Source of the DNA: Candidatus Poribacteria bacterium
GTDB lineage: Bacteria > Poribacteria > WGA-4E > WGA-3G
NCBI GenBank assembly: GCA_965198235.1
Contig: OZ240248.1
Coordinates: 3,136,001 to 3,200,000, forward strand
Length of the DNA: 64,000 nt
Direction of reading: 5' to 3'
Below the pieces are notes generated by a model, which saw nothing but the letters and a program-made list of their open reading frames with translations, was not told the origin of the DNA and did not search any database. Shown here one piece after another: positions 46,816 through 56,893 of this stretch. Positions within the stretch are counted from its first letter, which is position 1; each line of letters begins with the position of its first letter. A program made the position numbers and the translations under genes.

Positions 46816-48237
46816 TCATGAAACGAGATTGTACTCAACAAGTTTTGTATGGAGCGTATTCCGGTTAATGCCGAGGATATCTGACGCTTTACTCCGATTT
46901 CCTTTGGTGTGCTCAAGCACGATTTTAAAGAGCGGCTTCTCAAAGATCGCTCGGATTTCAGCATAAAGCTCATCTGGCGATGTTTCGGACTCCATATAGT
47001 GTTGAACGTACGTTTGAAGCAGATTATAAATTTGTACGTCAAGATTTCCCGGCTCACTGGCAGGGGTCGATTTTTCGAGTATCGGATCGAAATGCTCGGG
47101 CAATAACATTTGTCCTGAGCACATCACGAGTGCTCGCTTGATTGCGTTCTCTAATTCGCGCACGTTCCCGGGCCACTCATGAGTCGTGAGAAGTTTAGCA
47201 ACTTCCGCGGAGATGCCGATTTCGGAAAGTTGGTATTCTTCGATGAACCGACGCGCGAACAAATCTATGAGTTCTGATATGTCCTCTTTTCGTTCTCGGA
47301 GAGGTGGCAAGGAGATGGGAATGACGTTGAGACGATAGTAGAGGTCCTCCCTGAAGGCTTTCTGCTCAATCGCGGTTTCAAGCCGTCGGTTGGTTGCAGC
47401 GATGATTCTGACATCGACAGCGTGGATCTCGGTTCCGCCCATCGGTTCGACCTCTCGTTCTTGGAGGACGCGCAACAATTTCATCTGAACTTCAATCGGC
47501 AGTTCTCCGATTTCATCGAGGAAGATGGTCCCGCTGTCTGCTTGTTGGAATTTTCCCTTCCTTGCGGTGTGCGCATCGGTATACGCACCTTTGACGTGTC
47601 CAAAGAGCGCACTTTCGATAAGACTCGAAGGCATGGCACCGCAATCGACGACGACGAACGGATTGTCGGCTCGGTCGCTGTTTTGATGGATGAGTTGGGC
47701 GACAAGTTCTTTACCTGTGCCGCTTTCACCGAAAACGAGGACGGTTTCGTCACTGACAGCGGCGCGTCCAATCTTATGGTAGACCTCCTGCATTGCCGGA
47801 CTCTGCCCGACCATTCTCCCCTGTCCCTCAACATCAATGGAGGTTGTGGATGTCTTGACGTTTTTCGTTTGGTTGCTGGCATCTGCAGCGCGCGAGACGA
47901 GGTCGAGCAAGTGCCGCTGATCGATCGGTTTTGTGAGGTATCCGTAGGCGCGTTGCTTTGCTGCGTCAATGGCAGTCTGTGTGGTTCCGTGTGCCGTGAT
48001 TATAATAATCGAGGCGGTGTTATTGTAACCCTGAATGTCCTCGATGAGTTCAATTCCGTTGGCATCCCCTAACCAAATGTCGAGCAGAATGACATCAACG
48101 TTCGTTTTCTTGATACAGGCAAGCGTCTCCGCTCCATTTCGGGCTTTTAGCGTCTCATAGCCTGCCCTCTGGAGAGTAGCGGCGAGTATTTGTCGGAGGC
48201 TGTCGTCATCGTCAGCGATAAGCACAAAATTTGACAT
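46816..48237 (-). CDS. sigma54-dependent response regulator (NtrC family)
   Basis: Receiver DDD/D/K, GESGTGKE, GAYTDA loop, FLDEIGE, WPGNVREL, Fis-type HTH. Confidence 0.92.
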   Translation of the reverse strand: MSNFVLIADDDDSLRQILAATLQRAGYETLKARNGAETLACIKKTNVDVILLDIWLGDANGIELIEDIQGYNNTASIIIITAHGTTQTAIDAAKQRAYGYLTKPIDQRHLLDLVSRAADASNQTKNVKTSTTSIDVEGQGRMVGQSPAMQEVYHKIGRAAVSDETVLVFGESGTGKELVAQLIHQNSDRADNPFVVVDCGAMPSSLIESALFGHVKGAYTDAHTARKGKFQQADSGTIFLDEIGELPIEVQMKLLRVLQEREVEPMGGTEIHAVDVRIIAATNRRLETAIEQKAFREDLYYRLNVIPISLPPLRERKEDISELIDLFARRFIEEYQLSEIGISAEVAKLLTTHEWPGNVRELENAIKRALVMCSGQMLLPEHFDPILEKSTPASEPGNLDVQIYNLLQTYVQHYMESETSPDELYAEIRAIFEKPLFKIVLEHTKGNRSKASDILGINRNTLHTKLVEYNLVS

Positions 48238-48442
48238 TTTTTTAATTATTAAATCTGGTCACCGTTCCAAATGTAAAGCAAAGACAAATTATGCCATTTA
48301 AGGAAACCTAATTTCATTTCACGGTGGTGTCTGGTGAAGTCAGAAACCTTTCAGCACCTGGAGCTGGTTGGAATTCACCGATTCCCATAGTTAGCAAATC
48401 ATTTCATAGGGGTTTCTGGTAGTCGGTGCTATGGATATATCT

Positions 48443-50014
48443 TCAATGGACAGGAAGGGACATAACAAACGCTGTACCGACTTCGAGGTTCGCATCGACT
48501 TCAATGCCGCCTCGGTGTTCGGCGAGAATTTTTTGGCTGATGTAAAGTCCCAACCCGGTTCCTTTCTGTTTAGTGGTATAAAACGGATCGAACAGCATCG
48601 GTATATCTTCAGGTGAAATCCCGGGTCCGTCATCTTGAACTCGTACATGCACAATTTCCGTTTCTGGAACGTATTCTGTCTGAATTGTCAAAATTCCGTC
48701 TGTGTCCATTGCTTCTATGGCGTTGTAAAATAGATTCAGAAGCACTTGTGTGATTCCGTCCTCATTTACATTGACCTCTGGACAGTCGCCGTATTGCGTG
48801 ATGACTGTGGTAGCGCGAAGCTCCAACTCTGGTCGGCAGATAGCCAGGCTATTATCAAGAAGTTGATGGATATCGCTCTGTTTTGCGACTTCCATTGTGG
48901 GTTTACTGAAGGCGAGTAATTGTTCAATGAATCGGTTCAGCCTGTCCACCTCTTTTATAATGATCCCTGTGTATTCCTTAATCTCATTTTGAGAGAGTTG
49001 GCCGTTTTTGAAATAAGTTTCGACTTGTGAACCGAACTCTACATCGCTGTGTTGGAGCAGTTGTGTGCCGAGTCGGATGCTACCTAAAGGATTTCGGACC
49101 TCGTGTGCTATAGTTCGGACCAACCGACCAAGGGTCGCCATCCGTTCAGATTCAACGAGGGCGTCGATGGTCTGTTGGATTTTGACGCGCTGTGCAATAA
49201 TAGAGGCGATAATTGTCAAGAGCCGCCGATCATCCTCTGCGGAAAATTCATCTGAGGCTTTGTCTATCGTTAGTGTACCGATGACGTTTTCTTCTACAAT
49301 AATTGGGATGCACCAAAAGGCGATCACATCTTTGGATTCAACCCGTTCCGGCTCGAAGAGTTTGACGTAGCTGCGTGGGCTTCGGGTTTGTGGGACACCC
49401 ATCGCTTTCCCGGATGCAAGTACCTGTTTCTGGATGTCTTCCATCTGATTGTCAGTACCACGTTTCATCTCTGCTGGTGTCAGTCCTAAAACGGCTTCTG
49501 TGGAAGTAACGATCTTCCCGTTTTCATAGAGATGCAGAGCCCCGCGATAGATACCGAGTCGCTTGGATAAAATTTCAATGATACGCTGAAAGAGTCCCTC
49601 CAGATCGAGGTTGGTGTTCGCTGATTGGCTCACCTCAAAAAGCGTGGAGATGTCTCGGACCTGTTTTTCTAAATTTGCGTTGACACTGTTGATCTCTTCT
49701 ATCTGTTCGACCCCACTGCGTCTCTGGATTTGGAAGTGACGGATAATGCGGATAACGCCATAGACCACAAACGGATAGAGCAATGCTATGATAATACTTT
49801 CAGTATGATTCGGATAGCGGAAGACGTAAATCCAATTGGCTACAGCAGTAATGCCAAACAAAACGTTCTGCCCGCGAGGTTTCGCGTAGAGAACTGAGAG
49901 AACGATCACCCCGTAGTAGCAGTGACTCACCGCGGGATAGTATTCCGATATCTGAAACAGATGCGTACTGACGTTAATGAGAAGCACAAAGAGTGCGAGA
50001 AAGAACGTTAGCAT
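48443..50014 (-). CDS. membrane sensor histidine kinase with GAF domain
   Basis: N-terminal TM helices, GAF (CIPI..IGTL), AHEVRNPL, NAIEA, DDGPG, GTGLGL. Confidence 0.9.
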   Translation of the reverse strand: MLTFFLALFVLLINVSTHLFQISEYYPAVSHCYYGVIVLSVLYAKPRGQNVLFGITAVANWIYVFRYPNHTESIIIALLYPFVVYGVIRIIRHFQIQRRSGVEQIEEINSVNANLEKQVRDISTLFEVSQSANTNLDLEGLFQRIIEILSKRLGIYRGALHLYENGKIVTSTEAVLGLTPAEMKRGTDNQMEDIQKQVLASGKAMGVPQTRSPRSYVKLFEPERVESKDVIAFWCIPIIVEENVIGTLTIDKASDEFSAEDDRRLLTIIASIIAQRVKIQQTIDALVESERMATLGRLVRTIAHEVRNPLGSIRLGTQLLQHSDVEFGSQVETYFKNGQLSQNEIKEYTGIIIKEVDRLNRFIEQLLAFSKPTMEVAKQSDIHQLLDNSLAICRPELELRATTVITQYGDCPEVNVNEDGITQVLLNLFYNAIEAMDTDGILTIQTEYVPETEIVHVRVQDDGPGISPEDIPMLFDPFYTTKQKGTGLGLYISQKILAEHRGGIEVDANLEVGTAFVMSLPVH

Positions 50015-50140
50015 TCTTTTAATTATTGAGTTTTCGTTCCGTTTTGTCCCCCCTTCCCAGTAACGGGTGAGGACCCCTGTCCAAAACGGGTTTTCGATAA
50101 ATTTATGCTATCATTGTAATGAATTAGCGGCTTTCTTTAG

Positions 50141-50761
50141 TTAAAGGGTCAAAAAGTTATTGAGCATCTTTAACCCGACGCGCCCACTTTTTTCAAGGTG
50201 GAACTGTGTTGCAATGAGATTATCGTGAGCAATCGCACTACAGAATTCAAGTCCATACTTCGTCCTTCCGATTATGATGTCCTCTGTCTCTGGCTCAGGA
50301 TAGTAGGAATTGACGAAATAGAAGTGTGCGGGGTTCGGAACACCTTCAAAGATTGCGTGCGGTTTTGTCTGATACACTTCGTTCCAACCGATTTGCGGGA
50401 CCTTTAGTGTCTCGGTTTGTGTTTCTGTATCAGTCGCTGGATATTTCTTTACACATCCCGGTAGCAGATTTAAGCATTCGGCATCCTCTTCCTCACTGTG
50501 TTCAAAGAGGATCTGGATACCGATACAGATACCGAGCATAGGTTTGCCGGTACGGAAGAAGTCTGCGAGGACCTGGTTCAATCCGCGTTTCTGCAACGTT
50601 TGCATCGTGGCTTTTGCGGCACCGACACCGGGAAAAATAATACGTTCAGCGTCGAGTATCGTTTCTGCGGTGGATGTAATCTCGTTTTTATAACCGAGGT
50701 GTGTCAAGGCTCTCGCAACACTCGTAAGGTTCCCCGCTTCGTAATCTATAATTGCAATCAT
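50141..50761 (-). CDS. hisH: imidazole glycerol phosphate synthase glutamine amidotransferase subunit
   Basis: IIDYEAGNL, PGVG, GICIG, VPQIGWN, QFHLEKS. Confidence 0.95.
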   Translation of the reverse strand: MIAIIDYEAGNLTSVARALTHLGYKNEITSTAETILDAERIIFPGVGAAKATMQTLQKRGLNQVLADFFRTGKPMLGICIGIQILFEHSEEEDAECLNLLPGCVKKYPATDTETQTETLKVPQIGWNEVYQTKPHAIFEGVPNPAHFYFVNSYYPEPETEDIIIGRTKYGLEFCSAIAHDNLIATQFHLEKSGRVGLKMLNNFLTL

Positions 50762-51015
50762 ATTTTTAACTCTTAACTCTGGGCATCGTTCCATTACATT
50801 CCACGATGGTTCCTGGTGAAGTCAGAAACCTTTGAGCCCCTGGAGCAGTTTAACCCTCACCTCGCCTCCGTTATAAATGTTAAAGCACGAGTGTTTTTGC
50901 TTGGGGTTTTTGCTTGGGTGTTTCTGCGGATTTCTTCGATGGTTAACAGATTCCCAGAGTTAGAAAATTTCACGGTGGTTTCTGGTGTAGGAGTGAGGTC
51001 ACCTCGCCCTTACGA
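50762..51015. repeat. MITE arm, C/A modules and GTAG REP
   Basis: atttttaactcttaactctgggcatcgttcc...; gtgtttttgcttggggtttttgcttgggtgtttctgcggatttcttc; gtaggagtgaggtcacctcgcccctac. Confidence 0.7.
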
Positions 51016-51042
51016 CTGGATTATAAAAGATTTCTTAACGAT

Positions 51043-51522
51043 TCAGATTCCGGTTTTGTCAATCGCTTTATGAAGGTTAACTGTCTCAATTCCTGCGATA
51101 GCGGCTTCAGAGCCTTTGTTTCCTGCCTTGATGCCGGCGCGCTCAAGTGCTTGTTCTATGGTATCTGTGGTGATGACGCCGTAGATAACAGGGATGTTGG
51201 TGCTGGAGGATATGTTAGCGATTCCCTTCGCGCTTTCGGCGGCGACATAATCAAAATGGGGGGTCGCACCTCGGATAACAGCACCGAGGCAGAGGACAGC
51301 ATCATAGCGTTCGCTTTCTGCGAGACGTTTGGCAATTCCCGGAATTTCGAAGGCACCGGGGGTCCAGAAAACATCGACAGTGTCCAAGTCGACACCGTGC
51401 CGTTTCAGGGCATCCAGCGCACCCGCAAGGAGTTTTTCAGTAACGAAACTATTGAATCGACTGACGACAATACCGAATGTGAGACCTTCACCGAGGAGAT
51501 GTCCTTCATAAACGTTTGGCAT
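51043..51522 (-). CDS. ribH: 6,7-dimethyl-8-ribityllumazine synthase
   Basis: [31 protein letters not shown]. Confidence 0.97.
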   Translation of the reverse strand: MPNVYEGHLLGEGLTFGIVVSRFNSFVTEKLLAGALDALKRHGVDLDTVDVFWTPGAFEIPGIAKRLAESERYDAVLCLGAVIRGATPHFDYVAAESAKGIANISSSTNIPVIYGVITTDTIEQALERAGIKAGNKGSEAAIAGIETVNLHKAIDKTGI

Positions 51523-51840
51523 TTTTTAATTTATGGCTCCTGGTCTGTTTTTTAATCATGGTACTCCTGGACTGCTCTCCACTTCGTTACGAGCAGGTTC
51601 TTAGTGAATTGCACGTTCCTTCAACCTGCCATATTCCCTTTATCAGCGGGCAGTCGGACGTAGGGTTCACCGAGAACCCCCGCGTAATGTAATGGAGCGG
51701 TGCACAGGTGGCTATAGTTAGAAAATTTCGCGCAGGTTTTCGGTTAATTCGCGACTGGATTTAGGAATCTGTTCGCGATTTATAACTTGGTTATGCTTTT
51801 CTAATTTTCCGTGCCGTTCCTTGCTGATGGTTCCCGACGG

Positions 51841-53073
51841 CTATTCCTCATGTAGGAGGAGGTGGCCGAGTTTGGAACGTTTTGTTTCTAAATATCGGCG
51901 GTTAAATGTATTCGGTTTGGTTTGCAAGGGAACACGCTCGACGATTTCAAGCCCGTGCCCGGACAATCCTGTAACTTTTTGCGGGTTGTTTGTCATGAGT
52001 CGCATCTTTTGAACCCCTAAATCGGCTAATATTTGTGCACCGATGCCGTAGTCTCGCAAATCTGCGGGGAACCCAAGATGTTCATTCGCTTCGACGGTGT
52101 CTAATCCATCGTTGTCCTGCAACTGATATGCCCTGAGTTTCTCTTTGAGTCCCATGCCTCTGCCTTCTTGCCGCATATAGACGAGTACGCCCCTGCCTTC
52201 CTTCTCAATAGTTTTAAGGGCGGTTTCGAGTTGTTCGCCGCAATCGCATCTGAGGGAGCCAAAGACATCGCCAGTGAGACATTGCGAGTGCACGCGGACT
52301 AAGAGTGGGGCTGGATCGGTGAGATCGCCTTTTGTGAGTGCAATATGCGTTTTATCTGCCTCAACGGTTTCACCCCCTGTATCGGTACTTTCGTAGGCAT
52401 AAAGTTTGAACTCACCGTGTGCGGTTGGTATATCAGCGGTTGCGATGCGTCTAATCAGTGTCTCTGTCTCACGACGGTATGCGATGAGGTCGGTGATCGT
52501 GATGATTTTGAGTTGATGTTGCGCGGCGAACTCCATCAGTTCAGGAACGCGTGCCATGGTACCGTCTTCGTTGAGTATCTCACAGAGGACACCCGCCGGG
52601 TATAGTCCAGCCATACGTGCTAAATCGACGGTGGCTTCGGTATGTCCTGCTCGCCGGAGGACGCCCCCCGGTTTCGCCTCTAAGGGGAAGATATGTCCGG
52701 GGCGGACGAAATCTGAGGGGACAGCGTCAGAATCAACGAATTTCTGGATGGTATAGGCGCGTTCTTGTGCGGAGATGCCGGTTGTCACCTCTTTCGCATC
52801 AATGGTGACCGTGAAGGCGGTCTGCATTTGCGCCGTGTTGGCTGCCACCATGGGGTGAAGTTCAAGTTCGGCGAGGCGTTCCGAACAGGTAGGTAAGCAT
52901 ATCAACCCCCTGCCGTATTTCGCCATGAAATTAATCTGCTCTGCTGTCACCTTTTCAGCCGCCATGATGAGATCGCCTTCGTTCTCGCGATCGGGTTCAT
53001 CAACGACGATGATCATATCCCCATTTTGGATTGCAGAGAGTGCTTCAGGAATGGTATTAAATGTATTTGGCAT
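51841..53073 (-). CDS. ribBA: bifunctional DHBP synthase / GTP cyclohydrolase II
   Basis: [38 protein letters not shown]. Confidence 0.97.
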   Translation of the reverse strand: MPNTFNTIPEALSAIQNGDMIIVVDEPDRENEGDLIMAAEKVTAEQINFMAKYGRGLICLPTCSERLAELELHPMVAANTAQMQTAFTVTIDAKEVTTGISAQERAYTIQKFVDSDAVPSDFVRPGHIFPLEAKPGGVLRRAGHTEATVDLARMAGLYPAGVLCEILNEDGTMARVPELMEFAAQHQLKIITITDLIAYRRETETLIRRIATADIPTAHGEFKLYAYESTDTGGETVEADKTHIALTKGDLTDPAPLLVRVHSQCLTGDVFGSLRCDCGEQLETALKTIEKEGRGVLVYMRQEGRGMGLKEKLRAYQLQDNDGLDTVEANEHLGFPADLRDYGIGAQILADLGVQKMRLMTNNPQKVTGLSGHGLEIVERVPLQTKPNTFNRRYLETKRSKLGHLLLHEE

Positions 53074-53076
53074 AAT

Positions 53077-53235
53077 GGCTATCGGCTATCGGCTATCGGC
53101 TGTCAGCCAGAGATCGTTGCGGGAATTGCAAGCGTTAGCAACTGCCACACACTCTACTGATTGCTGATTGCTCAGACGCTCCCACGCGCTTCAAAAGCTT
53201 TGTATCAGTAGGCGTGGGCGCGTCTGCTCTGACGG
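53077..53235. repeat. heptamer tandem repeats and REP
   Basis: (GGCTATC)x3 GGCTGTC, ctgattgctgattgct, cagacgctcccacgc...gcgtgggcgcgtctg. Confidence 0.65.
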
Positions 53236-53907
53236 CTATTCGATATAGCCGTGTTTCGCTAAAAAATTCAAATTAAGGGTTTCGGAAGAGGACTGTTTGG
53301 TCCACTCCGTCTTATCTGCGGTATTTTTAAGTAGCGTTTCAAGATAACGCGCGACGATGTCGACTTCGAGGTTAACCTTAGCACCGTTCCGTTTCGTTCC
53401 GAAGGTCGTAACGTCCTTTGTATGCGGGATCAGAGTGACTTCAAAGGCATCTGCAAGCACGTTTGATACCGTTAAACTGACACCATCGATCGTGATGGAT
53501 CCTTTGTATGCGACATAGGGTTTGGTGGTGCTACTCATTGTAACCTGCATCACAGAGGCATCACCCTCATCTTTCCATGAACGGATTGTCGCGACCTCAT
53601 CGACGTGTCCCAGTACGAGATGCCCACCTAATCTATCGCTGAGCCGAAGTGAACGCTCTAAATTGACGTGCTCTCCTACCTTCCGTTCACCCAAGGTTGT
53701 GTGGCGTAAGGTCTCAGCGGATACATCCACAATGAATGTTTCCGATGTGAGAAAGCGGATCGTAAGACAGGCACCGTCAATGGCGATGCTATCGCCGACT
53801 TTCGCATCACTGAGAACGTCATTCGCCTGAATCTCAAGGGTCGCATCTTGAGATTTAACCTGAAGGCTTCTAATCGTTCCGAGTTCCTCAACGATCCCGG
53901 TGAACAT
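53236..53907 (-). CDS. ribE: riboflavin synthase
   Basis: MFTGIVEE start, GDSIAIDGACLT, GGHLVLGHVD, VNLEVD. Confidence 0.96.
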   Translation of the reverse strand: MFTGIVEELGTIRSLQVKSQDATLEIQANDVLSDAKVGDSIAIDGACLTIRFLTSETFIVDVSAETLRHTTLGERKVGEHVNLERSLRLSDRLGGHLVLGHVDEVATIRSWKDEGDASVMQVTMSSTTKPYVAYKGSITIDGVSLTVSNVLADAFEVTLIPHTKDVTTFGTKRNGAKVNLEVDIVARYLETLLKNTADKTEWTKQSSSETLNLNFLAKHGYIE

Positions 53908-53908
53908 G

Positions 53909-55009
53909 CTATAGATACCCCTCAATTAGAATGTCGTGTTCAGGAAGCGGTGTGACGCTAATTCGCCGTAGGTTCGCTGCATCGCTCAAACTGCGGATTC
54001 CTACACCGCCGATCGGTCCAGGTGCATTCTGTCCGCCGATGAGTCTGGGTGCGATGAAACACATAACCTTATCCACGATACCTGCTGCGAGAGCTGAGGC
54101 GTTGATTTCGCTACCACCTTCTATTAGGACGCTTGTTATCTCACGTTTCCCTAATATTTCCATCAAACTCTTGAAACAGACCTTACCGTATACCGCAGGA
54201 ACGGTTATCACTTCTGCGCCAGCCTTTTCGAGGACCTCAACGTTTTCAGAGGGTGCCTCTGGCGTTACAGCCACGATAACACCAGCCTCGCTTTCGGCGT
54301 TGAAAATGCGTGCATCCGTGCGCGTTCTCCCGTGTGAATCTAACACAATCCGGAGTGCGTCCTGTCCCTCTCTGCCCTGAAGCCGCGTTGTGAGTGCGGG
54401 GTTATCGCGTGCGACTGTACCTCTACCGACGAGAATCGCATCCACCGCGTCCCGAACCTCATGTCCCCGCTGTCGCGATGCTTCGGACGTAATCCATTGT
54501 GATTCCCCAGAAGCCGTGGCGATTTTCCCATCGAGGCTCATAGCGGTTTTGAGAATCACAAACGGTTTGCCGGTTTGAATGTATTTCCGATGCACCTCGT
54601 TTAGGTCTGACGCTTCTTGTCTGCGGACGCCTACGTGGACGTTTATACCCGCGTTTTGGAGTTGTTGAACACCCTTGCCGGCGACACTCGGATTCCGATC
54701 AACCTCTGCGACATAGACCTGCGCGATACCTGCGCGAATCAATGCCTCTGTGCAGGGGGGTGTCCGTCCCCAATGGCAGCACGGCTCAAGATTTGTGTAA
54801 AGCGTCGCGCCTTTGGCATCCTCGCCTGCGGCGTTAAGCGCATGGACTTCGGCGTGTGGAGTTCCTGCTTTCTGATGATATCCTTCACCGATAACCTTTC
54901 CGTTTTTTACAATGACCGCGCCAACGAGAGGGTTAGGACTCGTGCGTCCTTTTGCCCGCCGTGCTAAATCCAGCGCACGTTGCATAAAGGCTATATGTGT
55001 TTCGTCCAT
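53909..55009 (-). CDS. ribD: bifunctional diaminohydroxyphosphoribosylaminopyrimidine deaminase / reductase
   Basis: PNPLVG, HAE, LEPC.H.GRTPPC, SLDGKIA, IEGG. Confidence 0.97.
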   Translation of the reverse strand: MDETHIAFMQRALDLARRAKGRTSPNPLVGAVIVKNGKVIGEGYHQKAGTPHAEVHALNAAGEDAKGATLYTNLEPCCHWGRTPPCTEALIRAGIAQVYVAEVDRNPSVAGKGVQQLQNAGINVHVGVRRQEASDLNEVHRKYIQTGKPFVILKTAMSLDGKIATASGESQWITSEASRQRGHEVRDAVDAILVGRGTVARDNPALTTRLQGREGQDALRIVLDSHGRTRTDARIFNAESEAGVIVAVTPEAPSENVEVLEKAGAEVITVPAVYGKVCFKSLMEILGKREITSVLIEGGSEINASALAAGIVDKVMCFIAPRLIGGQNAPGPIGGVGIRSLSDAANLRRISVTPLPEHDILIEGYL

Positions 55010-55084
55010 GGCGATGCGTTATCTACACCCGAAGATCTATTTTTTTAAATTATATCATATTTCGATAAGAAATCAAAATCATTT

Positions 55085-55576
55085 TTAAAGTACTGCGACC
55101 TCTTTCAGGGATTCGAGGATTTCTGTCTGTTTTGCGAGATCAAATTGATGCGTGCCGATATACATATATCTAATAATCCCTGTTTCGTCAATGATAAATG
55201 TTGCCGGACGTGCGATGTTGTAAGCCTCTAAACTGAGCCAGTGGTAGACCCCGTAGCTTTTGATGATGTTTCTTGTTTTATCTACCAGTAGCGGGAATGT
55301 GATGCCGTTTTTCTCGGCATAACCTCGAAGTTCACGGGGCCACTGCCCTGCAATGGCGAGCGGCGTGCCTGTATATGCTGCGTACGCTTTGAAGTTTTCT
55401 TGCACTGCTGTCAACTGACGACGGCTGTTCGGTCACCATGTCCCTCGAAAGAAGGTTAGGATGACGTGTTGCGTTCCGCGATACGTTTCAAGCGATACCT
55501 CTCCGCGTTGATGCGATGGGAGCGTGAATAGCGGCGCAGTATCGCCGATGTTGAGAACCTTGTTTTTCCGTGGCAT
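55085..55576 (-). CDS. AhpC/TSA peroxiredoxin-like protein, probable selenoprotein (in-frame TGA at 55433-55435)
   Basis: From ATG 55576: ...IGDTAPLFTLPS..VSL..YRG..VILTFFRGTW-TGA-PNSRRQL, in frame with the FPLLVD...RPATFIID ORF. Confidence 0.8.
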
Positions 55577-55688
55577 AGGCACACTGTATCAAAAATTGCG
55601 GTGAATGTCAAGCGTTTAGTAGATGGCTATCGGATTTCAGCAATCGGCGATTGGGTGTTTATTGTCAGAATCAGGATTTACAGGGTTA

Positions 55689-55950
55689 TCTGAATCGCGG
55701 ATTTATCAGATTACACGGATTACGCGGATTTTGGGAGTTGTGTGTATTCTGGTGTCTTCAGCCTTGTAGGAATGGTATCTGTGTGAAGACAGGCAGAATG
55801 AAAAATAAGCCCCGTAGGGGCGGTATCTGTGTAGAAAAGATGTCCGCTCCGAAAAAATAGCTTTCTTCGCATTGGATTTTAGCGTTTGCGGGGCGACATG
55901 TGTATAGAAAAGCGTTTCAGAAAAGATAAAGCCCCAGCGGGGCGGCATGT
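55689..55950 (+). repeat. REP-like array (GCCCC-N4-GGGC hairpins with ATGTKTATAG tail)
   Basis: gccccgtaggggcggtatctgtgtag, gcggggcgacatgtgtatag, gccccagcggggcggcatgtg. Confidence 0.7.
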
Positions 55951-55995
55951 GAGCAGATGCAGGATGCGCGAGGCACGGGCCCTAACAACTCTGGT

Positions 55996-56217
55996 TTATG
56001 AAATTTTTTGCTGGTGCTCGGCGATGATTTTTCCTAATGCTCTCAAGGCATCGTTAACGGATTTCGCGTCCGGGAACATTTCGGCTACGTCGTCATCAAG
56101 CCGAATCAGGTTTGTTCCTGCGTGGTATCGCTCCGCATATTTGCCCCGAACCCCTTTACTGAAATCATATTCATCGAGCATATCTGGGTCATGTTGATTG
56201 GATGTTGCTTGACTCAT
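55996..56217 (-). CDS. putative BrnA-like antitoxin (no adjacent toxin)
   Basis: MLDEYDFSKGVRGKYA..Y...IRLDDDVAEMF.DAKSVNDALR; AAGGA RBS. Confidence 0.7.
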   Translation of the reverse strand: MSQATSNQHDPDMLDEYDFSKGVRGKYAERYHAGTNLIRLDDDVAEMFPDAKSVNDALRALGKIIAEHQQKIS

Positions 56218-56425
56218 AGGTTTTCCTTTATAGAAAAAGTCAACGGTATTTGCCCTGAATTATAGCAGATTCACTTATGGAAATCAAATTAGTATGGAAA
56301 TCAAATTAGGAGGTTCGGTTGGATTGCAGTCCTTCCTTGAATGCCCTCATCAAATATGCTATGCTTTTAAAAAGTAAGGATAACGATGTCCATGAATACT
56401 CTAAAGCTTATTTTGAGGGTAAGGA

Positions 56426-56641
56426 ATGAACAAAAAATCATATAGCAGATACCGAAAATCAAGACGATGGCAAACCAAACGCCAAACGGTTATGAAGCGT
56501 GCGGGCTACAAATGTCGGAAATGTGGAAACAGACGTGCAACGCAGGTGCATCACGAAACTTATAGACGCGTCGGCAGAGAACGACTCAGCGACCTAACCG
56601 CGGTGTGCGGCGGGTGTCATAAACGGATTCATGGGAAGTAG
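56426..56641 (+). CDS. small HNH endonuclease-family protein
   Basis: W..KR..V.KR..Y.C..C...ATQVHH.TY......DL..VC..CH..IH; AAGGA RBS. Confidence 0.8.
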   Translation: MNKKSYSRYRKSRRWQTKRQTVMKRAGYKCRKCGNRRATQVHHETYRRVGRERLSDLTAVCGGCHKRIHGK

Positions 56642-56649
56642 CAGATAAT

Positions 56650-56882
56650 CCTATAAACATGCCGCCCTTACAGGGCTTGTTTCTATCTACTGAGACGCGT
56701 TCTATAAACATGCCGCCCCTATGGGGCTGGTATTTATTAGATGTGTATGTGTTTTTTTCTATCCGGTGCGATTTCAAACCGCATCTACCGCGATTAAAAA
56801 CCGTTCGGATTTGGAAACCTCACCGATGAAAATGGGACAAGAAGAAGGCAAAGGGAGTCGGGGTTACAAACCCCTCCCACAA
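56650..56882 (-). repeat. REP array (reverse orientation)
   Basis: ctataaacatgccgccc x2, ccggtgcgatttcaaaccgcatctac, gtcggggttacaaacccctcccac. Confidence 0.7.
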
Positions 56883-56893
56883 GAAGAATTCCG

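Noticed and set aside
46379-48440. sigma54 (-24/-12) promoter near the NtrC and eutN genes
   Set aside because: TGGCA occurrences (e.g. about 48290 on the minus strand) lack a correctly spaced TTGC.
55010-55084. FMN riboswitch upstream of ribD
   Set aside because: The spacer is only 75 bp, AT-rich and lacks the RFN consensus.
55651-56197. Short ORFs over the REP arrays (also 56586-57044 and 59815-60456)
   Set aside because: They are translations of repeats or antisense overlaps with no RBS or domain evidence.
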